Origin: a virus
Lineage: Duplodnaviria; Caudoviricetes
DNA: 28,859 nt
Direction: 5' to 3' (one strand)
IMG/VR virus record: IMGVR_UViG_3300025301_002579
Span: 1 to 28,859 of that record
Program-made: the position numbers and the translations under genes
Notes under the pieces: generated by a model
What the model saw: the letters and a program-made list of their open reading frames with translations, nothing else
The model's database searches: none
What the model was told of the DNA's origin: nothing
Part shown: piece by piece, positions 1 through 8,319 of the stretch
Layout: every line of letters begins with the position of its first letter
Position numbering within the stretch: the first letter of the stretch is position 1

Positions 1-313
1 CTTCAGCATCTGGTAATAAGTCATGTTGTTTAATTTTTTCTATAAAAGTAGGCGGTTGATATTGGTAGCACCCAATACTGGGATAACCTGTTTTCTTAGC
101 GTCTTCCTCGTTTATTGCATAAGGATCACCTCCGCTCTCTTGTTGTTTTAATACTGGTAACACTCTCCTCAACCATCTTTCTTCCAGAGTTGGTGGAGGA
201 ATGTATTGAACATCTTTATTTTCCATCTTATCTGACATGACATAACCGATAGTGAATGCGGTTAGCACTATAATGATTAGCCAGAGAAGACCTCTATTTT
301 TGTTATTACTCAA
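1..313 (-). CDS. Membrane-anchored lytic transglycosylase-like (lysozyme-fold) protein, 3'-truncated by window edge
   Basis: Not in the ORF track. Manual translation from TTG at 313 (TTGA overlap with the M23 stop; in-frame TAA two codons upstream): MSNNKNRGLLWLIIIVLTAFTIGYVMSDKMENKDVQYIPPPTLEERWLRRVLPVLKQQESGGDPYAINEEDAKKTGYPSIGCYQYQPPTFIEKIKQHDLLPDAE. It has an N-terminal hydrophobic helix, ESGGDPxAIN (catalytic Glu motif) and SIGCYQY (GxxQ motif). Confidence 0.75.
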   Translation of the reverse strand, partial: MSNNKNRGLLWLIIIVLTAFTIGYVMSDKMENKDVQYIPPPTLEERWLRRVLPVLKQQESGGDPYAINEEDAKKTGYPSIGCYQYQPPTFIEKIKQHDLLPDAE

Positions 314-957
314 AACTTACTCAACAAAGAGGTGAGATAGCTTTTTATATTTGCGAGAACTATCATTAGCCCCTCTACATTTTTGCCCTCGGTGATAAAT
401 GGCAAAGGATCAAGCGAACCCTTCATAGGATTATTATACCTTTTTTTTCCATCTTTGAACTCATACATCCCAAAATGGAGGTGGATTCCCTTACCAGCAG
501 GAGCATTTCCCCAATACGGAGTACCTCCTGATATCACAAAGCCCGTGTTACCCTCTAAACCGATGATGTAGCCCTTTTCTACCCGTTGTCCTATATTGAC
601 CTTAATTTCGCTTAAATGTCCGTACACAGAGGAAACTACAATGATTTCTCCATTGTCATCTAACTCATCACTTGCTATCCAAATGACTAGACCGCCGAGT
701 GAGTGGCGGTCTGTTTTAATAGCATAGACATATCCATCGTGCATTGACAACACATCGTCTCCTTCAAAGGTAGCTACGTCTATCCCTGGATGTCCAGCCA
801 CATGATAATTTAATTGATCGTTCTCTTTAAAAAACTTTGAATAGAGTCTGGGATTCTCTGCCCAGTATTGTCTGACATTACCGAAGGGATATTTTTTCCA
901 CTTAACATCTTTAAGAGGAGACCCTATATTATCTAAAAACTCTTTGCGTGTTTTCAT
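310..957 (-). CDS. M23 family zinc metallopeptidase, probable endolysin
   Basis: HPGID (HxxxD), YGHLSEIKVNIGQRVEKGYIIGLEGNTG and HLHFG (HxH) motifs, C-terminal DPLPF; lies next to a holin-like gene. Confidence 0.9.
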   Translation of the reverse strand: MKTRKEFLDNIGSPLKDVKWKKYPFGNVRQYWAENPRLYSKFFKENDQLNYHVAGHPGIDVATFEGDDVLSMHDGYVYAIKTDRHSLGGLVIWIASDELDDNGEIIVVSSVYGHLSEIKVNIGQRVEKGYIIGLEGNTGFVISGGTPYWGNAPAGKGIHLHFGMYEFKDGKKRYNNPMKGSLDPLPFITEGKNVEGLMIVLANIKSYLTSLLSKF

Positions 958-1181
958 CTAAGAATTAAACCAAATAAAGCAACCAGAATAGCACCTGTCG
1001 ATGTACTCATTATTAACCAAAAGAATTTCTTTAACCACGTTACATCCGTACCTATTTTTGTTACGTCTTCTCTGATACACGATACATCCTTTTTAATACC
1101 GCTGATGTGATTGGTCGTTTGGATTTCTATATTTTCCAGTCTTCTTTCAATCTGCTTCAAGTTGTCAGTATTGTTTTTCAT
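954..1181 (-). CDS. Small coiled-coil plus C-terminal TM protein (XhlA/holin-like)
   Basis: 75 aa; heptad-like N-terminus, then DVTWLKKFFWLIMSTSTGAILVALFGLILR; 4-nt overlaps with both neighbours; directly upstream of the endolysin. Confidence 0.65.
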   Translation of the reverse strand: MKNNTDNLKQIERRLENIEIQTTNHISGIKKDVSCIREDVTKIGTDVTWLKKFFWLIMSTSTGAILVALFGLILR

Positions 1182-4100
1182 CTCAATTTAACTCCAGTGC
1201 TGAGACGGCCTTTCTTTTTCTTAGCTACTTCTTCACGAGGAACAACTTGTTTGATTATAGAAGGAGTAATTGTTCTCTTGAGAGCCCTTAATCCTTTCAA
1301 CTCTCCTGTAGTTTTCATTTTACTTAATTTTACTAAATCAGTTATGGCTATAGCTAAATCACCATAGAAATCTAATACTCTTACCCCTGTCCAGACTACA
1401 GGGTTGAGTGCTCCAATCATGCTCATAGCATCTCTTATTCCTTTGTAAATCGTGTTCTCTAAGAATGTCCTGTCCTTCTTTTCTGCCAACTCTTGGTAGT
1501 AACTGAAGGACAAGACACCAATTCCTGTCCCAATACCAATAGAATAAAAGAGTTCTTTTCCTGCATCAGATGCCATAGCTTTCTTTATTCCGTCCTTCTT
1601 TATTAACTTTGTAAAGTCACCAATATTTGTTAATGTAGATTCCAATATTGGAACGGCCCAACTTTTATATTGGAGTGCCATTTGTGCTTCAGGAGTTCTT
1701 CCCATAATTGATTCGGTTCCCTTTACTACACGATACTTAGACATCTCGAGTTGTATTTGAGCGAGTCTTTTAGTAGATACTATTCCTGTTTTAAATTCAT
1801 TAGGAGTTAGTTTTCCTAAGAGAAAAGTCTCATTCGCATTACGAGCTGCCATGTGATATATCGCAAACATACCGCTCATTAACTTATCTCCTGCACTGTC
1901 TGAAGCTCTAGCTAAATCCTTGAAGAAAGAGCGTCCAACAAAGTTTTCGTATTTATTTACGATTGCTCTTCCTTGTTTTGTAGTTATACGTGCCATAGCT
2001 GTGGCATACGCTTTAGGCTTGAGCATTGTAATATTCGCCGCCTTCTCTCCTAGTGGTGCACCCAACTGAGTTGTAAAGTTAAATCCAAGATCGAGCATTC
2101 GAGTCACAGCCATACTCGCTCTCATCACCAAATCTACTCGACTTCCAGGGGCAAAAAAGCGTTTTGGTTTTCTGCCTTTATTAACATTTATCCATTCTTT
2201 TACAAATGTCTTTAATCTATCATCCAATTTCAGGCCTGTTTTGGTCATTCCTTTAGGAGTAAGAACATGAACGTAGGCCATCATTTCAGGAATCATAGCA
2301 TCCAAACCTCTAGCTTTCTCCAAAGAAGTTATATATCCTTCAAAGGCTTTAGCCGCATTTTTGGTAGGAACAAGTTTGTCTGTTCTAAACTGAGTAAATC
2401 CAATCCATTTTTGATAAGGAAGAATCTTGCCAGTCTTTTCATCCAAGATATTCAAATACTTGGAGTCTTGAGCATATTTATCAAACAACTCTTTCCATGC
2501 CTTAAGGAATCCATCTTCTTTCCAGCCCTCAAAGAAATCTCTGCGGATGTGAGGGAAGTATTTGTCTTCAAATCGGGAAAGCTTTTTCCCAGCATTTCTT
2601 CTTACTAGATAGTCGTAATATTCTCTGAAGACTGAGTCCATATATTGAGCAGCTCTCAATTCTTCACTGGTCATCTTTTCAGCTAACTTAGTTCGGGCTT
2701 TAGTATCAGCCTCAAGCCATTTGACAATCTGAGGATCAGTGGGGACTAGCCTTTCCAAAATCGTACCCTCCTTTCTTGATCTACGAGCTAATTTAATTAA
2801 TTTATCAGCTTCATCAGAAAGCTCTATTATCCGAGCGTTAGATTCCAAAAAGGTCTTGTTCTTCCTTAGTACCATCTCTTCAAGAAAAGGATTTTGTCGA
2901 GCGAGCCTTATATCTCTCATTCTCTCAAACTTACCAAAGTCCGTTGGCTTTATTTTGGATACTGCTTCCACTGTCAATCCTTTCTTTTTGGCTAAAAATT
3001 CTAGCACCTCTCTATCGGTTCTAAGACCAGCTAACTCAGTGTTAGTCAAAGTCTCCAGCATTCTTGTTGGCAAAAATTCATCAGCAGTTTTATATTGTTT
3101 CAATACACTTTCCAGCTGTCCCATCTGCTCAGGACTCATGGCTCTAAGGCTTCTAGGAAGTTTCATTGCCGCTCTAACATTCTCCCATTTCTTTAGGCCT
3201 AATCTATTTATAGTTGCCTGAAGTTCCATACGAGCAGCTTTACGTTCTGGAAGTTCTCTTTTAGCAGCTCGAGCTCCTCTGGCTTCTGCTCTGATTCGCT
3301 CTCTCAACAGTACGTCTTCCCCTCTCTCTATCCGTGGAGCAGCAGGAGGAGCGATGCCAAGTCTTTCAACAGTCGGAGGTCTTCTCACAGGAACTCTTCT
3401 CGGAACTCCTACTCGTTCTACCTCCTCAGCAGATTCTTTCAAAACTGTGTTTATTGTTCTTCTGACTTGAGTGGGGTCGGTTATATCCTTAACTGCTTGG
3501 GATGCTTTTCGCAAAACAGTGGCTGGTACTTCAGGGACTTCTTTCTTTAGTAATTTAAAAATATCATCAACGACATTTATTCGAGAGATTCTATTAATAG
3601 CTGTTCTGGTTAATTTGCCAGCTACTCTTTCCAAAGAACCCACATCAAAACCTACGGCTTGACTACTGAGCTTTACTCTTCCATTTTCAATATCAACTGT
3701 AACGCTTGGCAGGGGTGCGAAAGGATCAGGTCTTTCTCCTAATGGTCCTATGCGTCTAGTTACTAAAGTTCTAATATGAGTTTTCACCGCCTCATCGGAT
3801 ACCCCTTTTTTCTTTAAATCTTCATACAATTTTTGATATTCAGGTTGCAGTTCAGTGGTAGGATCGAGTAATCCTCTGAATGCTTTTGGTATATCTTCAG
3901 TGATAAGTCGGCCTAAGCCACGCAAACCTGTAAAAGATTCAGCCTCTTTGCGGGCTTGTTCCGCTTGAGGTACAAGGATAGCTAGTCTTCTCATGGCTTT
4001 CTGTGTAGAAGTCTCTCTAGCTGGAGTTGGTGCAACTGGTGCAACTGGAGCAGTTGGTGCAGCTGGTACAGCTGGTGCAGTTGGAGCAGCTAATGCTTCC

Positions 4101-4327
4101 TCTCCTAGTTTTATAAAATCTTCTGGCTTCTGTCGAGGAACTGGTGTAGCTCGAACAGGAGCACTTAAACGTGAGCGTTCAAAAAGTTGTCTAGTGGTTG
4201 GAGCAGCCTGAGCAGGACGAGGAGTGAGCAAACCAAGAAAATCCCTACGAGGAGAGGGTGTTAGTGGCTGTTCCTCGGGTGTTTTTTTCGAGGGTCTTAA
4301 AGAAACTTTTGTCAGTAAGGTTGCCAT
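1178..4327 (-). CDS. Large helical internal virion / DNA ejection-type protein
   Basis: 1049 aa, basic and apparently helical, Pro/Ala-rich N-terminus, hydrophobic patch near the C-terminus (FYSIGIGTGIGVLSFSYY). Position after the nozzle and before lysis matches podovirus ejection genes. No catalytic motif recognised. Confidence 0.55.
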   Translation of the reverse strand: MATLLTKVSLRPSKKTPEEQPLTPSPRRDFLGLLTPRPAQAAPTTRQLFERSRLSAPVRATPVPRQKPEDFIKLGEEALAAPTAPAVPAAPTAPVAPVAPTPARETSTQKAMRRLAILVPQAEQARKEAESFTGLRGLGRLITEDIPKAFRGLLDPTTELQPEYQKLYEDLKKKGVSDEAVKTHIRTLVTRRIGPLGERPDPFAPLPSVTVDIENGRVKLSSQAVGFDVGSLERVAGKLTRTAINRISRINVVDDIFKLLKKEVPEVPATVLRKASQAVKDITDPTQVRRTINTVLKESAEEVERVGVPRRVPVRRPPTVERLGIAPPAAPRIERGEDVLLRERIRAEARGARAAKRELPERKAARMELQATINRLGLKKWENVRAAMKLPRSLRAMSPEQMGQLESVLKQYKTADEFLPTRMLETLTNTELAGLRTDREVLEFLAKKKGLTVEAVSKIKPTDFGKFERMRDIRLARQNPFLEEMVLRKNKTFLESNARIIELSDEADKLIKLARRSRKEGTILERLVPTDPQIVKWLEADTKARTKLAEKMTSEELRAAQYMDSVFREYYDYLVRRNAGKKLSRFEDKYFPHIRRDFFEGWKEDGFLKAWKELFDKYAQDSKYLNILDEKTGKILPYQKWIGFTQFRTDKLVPTKNAAKAFEGYITSLEKARGLDAMIPEMMAYVHVLTPKGMTKTGLKLDDRLKTFVKEWINVNKGRKPKRFFAPGSRVDLVMRASMAVTRMLDLGFNFTTQLGAPLGEKAANITMLKPKAYATAMARITTKQGRAIVNKYENFVGRSFFKDLARASDSAGDKLMSGMFAIYHMAARNANETFLLGKLTPNEFKTGIVSTKRLAQIQLEMSKYRVVKGTESIMGRTPEAQMALQYKSWAVPILESTLTNIGDFTKLIKKDGIKKAMASDAGKELFYSIGIGTGIGVLSFSYYQELAEKKDRTFLENTIYKGIRDAMSMIGALNPVVWTGVRVLDFYGDLAIAITDLVKLSKMKTTGELKGLRALKRTITPSIIKQVVPREEVAKKKKGRLSTGVKLR
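4021..4090 (-). repeat. 9-bp degenerate tandem repeat encoding AP(T/V/A) linker
   Basis: + strand units such as tggtgcaac/tggagcagt/tggtgcagc; protein AAPTAPAVPAAPTAPVAPVAPTP. Confidence 0.8.
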
Positions 4328-4329
4328 AG

Positions 4330-5616
4330 CTATTTCTTTTTTAGGAGTTTAACAAACTGGTTGAGCTTCATTCTTTGTTGACGAGATAGCTTTATAATCT
4401 CTCCCTCCTCGGTTGTTAGTTCCTCTATGTCTTCTAATGCAGCAAGCGTTTTCTTTTGAAGAGATGCTGTGTCCTCAAACCATCCTTCTTCTATAGCCAC
4501 TATATCCCATTGTTCTTGAGCAATAGCTTTCAACATCTCATCGGTCAAATTACTACCTCCTTTAATAACACCCTCTTCTTCTAAAGCTGCCCTAACATCA
4601 CCCACAGTTAGGTTGGGAGCTTGTCTGCGGGCTGTGGCAAACAACTCTTCATAAGTGCCTCCAGGGGTAGTCTCCACTAATTCTCCAATGACTTCATAAC
4701 CCTGCTCTCTTTTCATTTGTGTAGTAGGTTTTACAATAGGCCTTCTTCCAAGTAATTCTGCAGCACGAGTTCCAAAAGGAACATCGAAAGTTTCCGCAAG
4801 CCTTATCTGTTCTGATATACTTGGTGCTTTTGCGGGTCCAGGGAAAGCTCTCTCAAAGATTTTTGTCTGGATTCCAGCAGGTAATTCAGCGGGTTGGTCT
4901 AATTGAGCCATAGCTTCTCTAATATCCATCTCTTCTCCAAGTGCTGTTATTCCAGCTTGAGCTCGTTGTGCTTGAGCTGCTCTTCTCTGACCGAGAGCAG
5001 AGCGTTGAAATAACAATTCAGTGAGTTCTGTTTGAACTGGAGCTCTCCGAGCTCTAGCTTCTAACTCAGCACCTGCTAATGTTTCAGCCCTACCTACTAA
5101 TGCTTCTGGTCTAGTTCTTGCAATTTGTCGTTGCATTTCTCCAATCTGAGTATCTAATTGAGTGATGGCTTCGGAAGGAGCTTGGGCTTGAATTAATTGT
5201 TGTCTGAAGGGGATTAGTTGTTCTAAAATCTGACGAGTTTGTGCTTCTTCCTCTATCATTTCTGGAGTTCTCTGTTGACCCATCAACTCTCTAAACTGTG
5301 CTAGTGACTCTGCAGTTATTCCACCAAGACCAGCATCAGGAGATACTTGAGTTACGCCTCCTGGAGGAAGGGGTTGAGTTGGCACACCAACTTGACCTCC
5401 CGCAGTAGGAGTTGTTCCTACTCCTGTTGGAGCAAGAGGAGTGGCTGGTGCAATAGGAGTTACTGTTTCACTTATATCTACCTGTTCGCCTCCAGCAGGA
5501 AGTTGAGCGAGTTTTGCTTTTAGTGCTTCTGCTTGTACTTGTGAAGTCCGTGCTCTACGGCGTTGTCCACCAAAGAGGAGGGGGAGTGATTTTAATTGTT
5601 CTAAAAATGATGGCAT
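4330..5616 (-). CDS. Gln/Ala/Glu-rich coiled-coil protein, probable ejection (pilot) protein
   Basis: Start moved to ATG at 5616 (MPSFLEQLKS, context AATAAAAACTATG), just after the upstream gene's stop at 5622; 428 aa; P/T/G-rich segment followed by Q/A/E/R helical region. Confidence 0.55.
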   Translation of the reverse strand: MPSFLEQLKSLPLLFGGQRRRARTSQVQAEALKAKLAQLPAGGEQVDISETVTPIAPATPLAPTGVGTTPTAGGQVGVPTQPLPPGGVTQVSPDAGLGGITAESLAQFRELMGQQRTPEMIEEEAQTRQILEQLIPFRQQLIQAQAPSEAITQLDTQIGEMQRQIARTRPEALVGRAETLAGAELEARARRAPVQTELTELLFQRSALGQRRAAQAQRAQAGITALGEEMDIREAMAQLDQPAELPAGIQTKIFERAFPGPAKAPSISEQIRLAETFDVPFGTRAAELLGRRPIVKPTTQMKREQGYEVIGELVETTPGGTYEELFATARRQAPNLTVGDVRAALEEEGVIKGGSNLTDEMLKAIAQEQWDIVAIEEGWFEDTASLQKKTLAALEDIEELTTEEGEIIKLSRQQRMKLNQFVKLLKKK

Positions 5617-5621
5617 AGTTT

Positions 5622-6113
5622 TTATTGAAATAAGTCTACCCTTCTGAGTGAAACTGTTACGACTACATCTTGACAATCTGAGCCACTGGCTTGTTCTAAT
5701 CGGAGGGCTAATCTATCGTTCTTATTTAGTATTCTAACATTTGTACTTACTAAAGTCCCACTAACTACTGTTTCCGCAGTACCTGTCAAGTCAAAAGCTG
5801 TGGTTAATAAGTTATCTCCACTCCCAGTTGCTTCTGTTCCTTGAAGTCTTTGTACTTGCATACTGTAAGGATCAGTCGTAGCTTCTGCTGTAGTATGAAC
5901 TTCGCTTATAGCTGTAACTTCACACACATAAGGAGCTATAAAAAACTTGTCATAAAACTCTTGGGCTCTAGCATCCGCTCCATCTACAACAGCGGTAACT
6001 ATTAAATTAGGAGCTCTGTCAAGGTTTTGATAATCAACACGAGGAGAGTCCATCCCATTGTGAAAATGTGATTCAACTAATCTTGGTTGTTGTGGTTCTA
6101 TGTTTTGTGGCAT
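5622..6113 (-). CDS. Virion structural protein with N-terminal HxHxGxDS motif (tail-tip/needle candidate)
   Basis: 163 aa; SHFHNGMDSPRV followed by a Thr-rich beta-strand domain; immediately downstream of the nozzle gene. Confidence 0.45.
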   Translation of the reverse strand: MPQNIEPQQPRLVESHFHNGMDSPRVDYQNLDRAPNLIVTAVVDGADARAQEFYDKFFIAPYVCEVTAISEVHTTAEATTDPYSMQVQRLQGTEATGSGDNLLTTAFDLTGTAETVVSGTLVSTNVRILNKNDRLALRLEQASGSDCQDVVVTVSLRRVDLFQ

Positions 6114-6114
6114 G

Positions 6115-7641
6115 TTATCTGGTAGCTTCTGAATACTCTAATGAAAAGCCTCTTAATTGAGTTGTAGTTACCGAACCTGAGGTGTTAATTTGTATTCTAA
6201 TTTCTATATTACGACCTGTAACTCCGATAGGAATGTATCTATTAGGGTCGGGATAAGTCCCACTATCCTCCCCCCTAACAGTTGTTAATGTTGTGAAAGA
6301 TGATGCTTGGTCAACTTTATAGCTAATAGTAATTGTCCTATTAGAGTTATAAGTGTCTTGGTCAAGCTCAGTGTTTAATTGAATACCATGCCACATCTTT
6401 GGCTTGTCAGGTAACCCAGCGTCAATAGGATTTGAACTCCAAATCCCTGCTGTTTGTTGGTCAGTAGATTGCAATTCCCAAATCTCATCAGCACTAGAAC
6501 TGTTGTTGGTAGTTCCTACGAACACCAAGTTGTTAGGAACGGCGAATATCCCTCCTATTGTGGTCTCAGTAACTCCATTAGAAGGGTTGTAAGCTAAAAC
6601 AGGTTCGTATGGTTGTCCTGGAGCTTTTTTACCGATAGTCCAAATACCTCCCACACCATCTCCGTAGCTAGCTATGTTACTGCTTTCCGTACTACCTATA
6701 AGTAGGTTGCCATCGTAAATAGTAGCTCCATCTCGCCCTGCATGAATGCCTGCTGGTAACTCTAAAAACTTTTGAAAACTAGCCCCGTCAAAAATATAAA
6801 TATTAGTAAACTGGGTGTTATTAGAAGTCGGTGCAATACTAATAGCCCATAATCTTCCGTCAAAATAAATTAGTTGAAGTCCTGTAGATTCACCAAAAAC
6901 GTTGAAAGTGCTTATTGGAAATAGCGATGAGCCGTCCCAAGAAAACACTCGTGAAAAGCTACCGTTTTGAGCGGCTATATAAATGCGTCCACTATAAATA
7001 GCCATTGATTCAATCGTCCACTCACTGTCTAAAGTGAGAGCTTTTTGTGTCCAGATAGGAGTAGAGTCTCCACTTAAAGAGGATACAAAGTTATTATTTC
7101 CAAAATACGCTTTTTCCTCAAACTCTAAAGATGGCCTTGATGAGCTAGTAGTAGATGAGAAGTTAGCATTGTTAGTTCCGTCATTATATGGAGCAGTAAG
7201 TCCACCAGTCGGAGCTGTAAGTCTATTGACATCTCCATTGGTTACTACCCATAAAGAATCTTGAAAAGCGAGTAACCCTCCTCCATCAGTTGTATTTCTA
7301 GCTGCCACGAAGTCCACTCCAGCTCCTGCATAACGTTTAGTCCAAGTAGTACCCACTCTTTCATAGACTCTTAAACCATCCCCTAAAGCCCAAGCATTAG
7401 AAGATACGCTATTATTCAGAGCAAACCTACGACATAAGTCAGTTATCTCATTGGGTGAGCCTGCTTCTGTTCCAACGGCCATAACTCGTAAACCTTGTAA
7501 AACTCCTGGCAGACCATCCGTATCGTTATTATTGTGCATACCAATAACATCAACGCCCATTACATATTTACCGAAGTTTTGTTTCCAAGCGTCTTCAGCT
7601 AGGTTCACTCCTCTAAAATTGTTGAATGTTAGTATTGCCAT
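6115..7641 (-). CDS. Beta-propeller tail nozzle / stabilisation protein (P22 gp10 / T7 gp12-like role)
   Basis: 508 aa; N-terminal FNNFRG; repeated blade-like motifs (LLAFQDSLWV, MAIYSGRIYIA, LIYFDGRLWA, TIYDGNLLIG, VFSWDG, IYIFDG); C-terminal GRNIEIRIQI; typical position. Confidence 0.7.
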   Translation of the reverse strand: MAILTFNNFRGVNLAEDAWKQNFGKYVMGVDVIGMHNNNDTDGLPGVLQGLRVMAVGTEAGSPNEITDLCRRFALNNSVSSNAWALGDGLRVYERVGTTWTKRYAGAGVDFVAARNTTDGGGLLAFQDSLWVVTNGDVNRLTAPTGGLTAPYNDGTNNANFSSTTSSSRPSLEFEEKAYFGNNNFVSSLSGDSTPIWTQKALTLDSEWTIESMAIYSGRIYIAAQNGSFSRVFSWDGSSLFPISTFNVFGESTGLQLIYFDGRLWAISIAPTSNNTQFTNIYIFDGASFQKFLELPAGIHAGRDGATIYDGNLLIGSTESSNIASYGDGVGGIWTIGKKAPGQPYEPVLAYNPSNGVTETTIGGIFAVPNNLVFVGTTNNSSSADEIWELQSTDQQTAGIWSSNPIDAGLPDKPKMWHGIQLNTELDQDTYNSNRTITISYKVDQASSFTTLTTVRGEDSGTYPDPNRYIPIGVTGRNIEIRIQINTSGSVTTTQLRGFSLEYSEATR

Positions 7642-7642
7642 A

Positions 7643-8296
7643 TTATTTTCCTACTCCTAATGTCATCAGGTTTCTAACGACTGTTGTGACGGCTGCTGGA
7701 GCTGGAGCAAATGAAGCTACTACTCCCACATTTCTTCCTGAACCACTCCAAGTAGTTCCTATTGAATATGAGCCAGCGGGACTTTGGTCAGCATTAGTAT
7801 CACCCATAGCAATAGAGCTTGAATTTCTCATTGTGGTATTAGAACCCGCAGAGTTAACAGCCACTTCATTTCTAAAGATACCAGTTATCCAACAATTATC
7901 TTCCACAGTTGTCGTGCTAATGGTTAAAGAGCTTCCCGAACTAGAACCCCCTGTATTATCAGAATCAGGAACTCCACTTTGCTTAGCTCCTGTATAACTA
8001 ACTGCCACTCCTATTAAAGCATCCGTTGAGCTTGACCTCGTAACAACAACATCATTAGCTCCCGTAGCAGGAGCTATTAAATACCATAAACTAACCGAGT
8101 TATTGGTTTGGGAACTGCTGGCTATTTCCGTCAAAGCCTCTCCATCATATGTTACGCCAGTAATTGTACTACTAGCTTCTTGGTTAAACCCACCAACAAA
8201 TAAAAGGCGGTTTGTGCCTGAACACGTATGAGAGAAGGTTTCAGAAGTTGCTCCACTCCCTCCTCCTGAAGAGACTGCGTCAAATGCGATTGCCAT
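7643..8296 (-). CDS. Ser/Thr/Gly-rich beta-sandwich virion protein (decoration/appendage candidate)
   Basis: 217 aa, MAIAFDAVSS...FSHTCSGTNRLLFVG...VTYDG; no signal peptide; within the structural module. Confidence 0.5.
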   Translation of the reverse strand: MAIAFDAVSSGGGSGATSETFSHTCSGTNRLLFVGGFNQEASSTITGVTYDGEALTEIASSSQTNNSVSLWYLIAPATGANDVVVTRSSSTDALIGVAVSYTGAKQSGVPDSDNTGGSSSGSSLTISTTTVEDNCWITGIFRNEVAVNSAGSNTTMRNSSSIAMGDTNADQSPAGSYSIGTTWSGSGRNVGVVASFAPAPAAVTTVVRNLMTLGVGK

Positions 8297-8319
8297 TTTT
8301 AGTTATGAGTTATTTATTT

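Noticed and set aside
1178-4327. 1049-aa protein as a virion RNA polymerase or tape measure protein
   Set aside because: Far shorter than N4 virion RNAP, with no polymerase motifs seen and no tape-measure periodicity or tail assembly chaperone genes.
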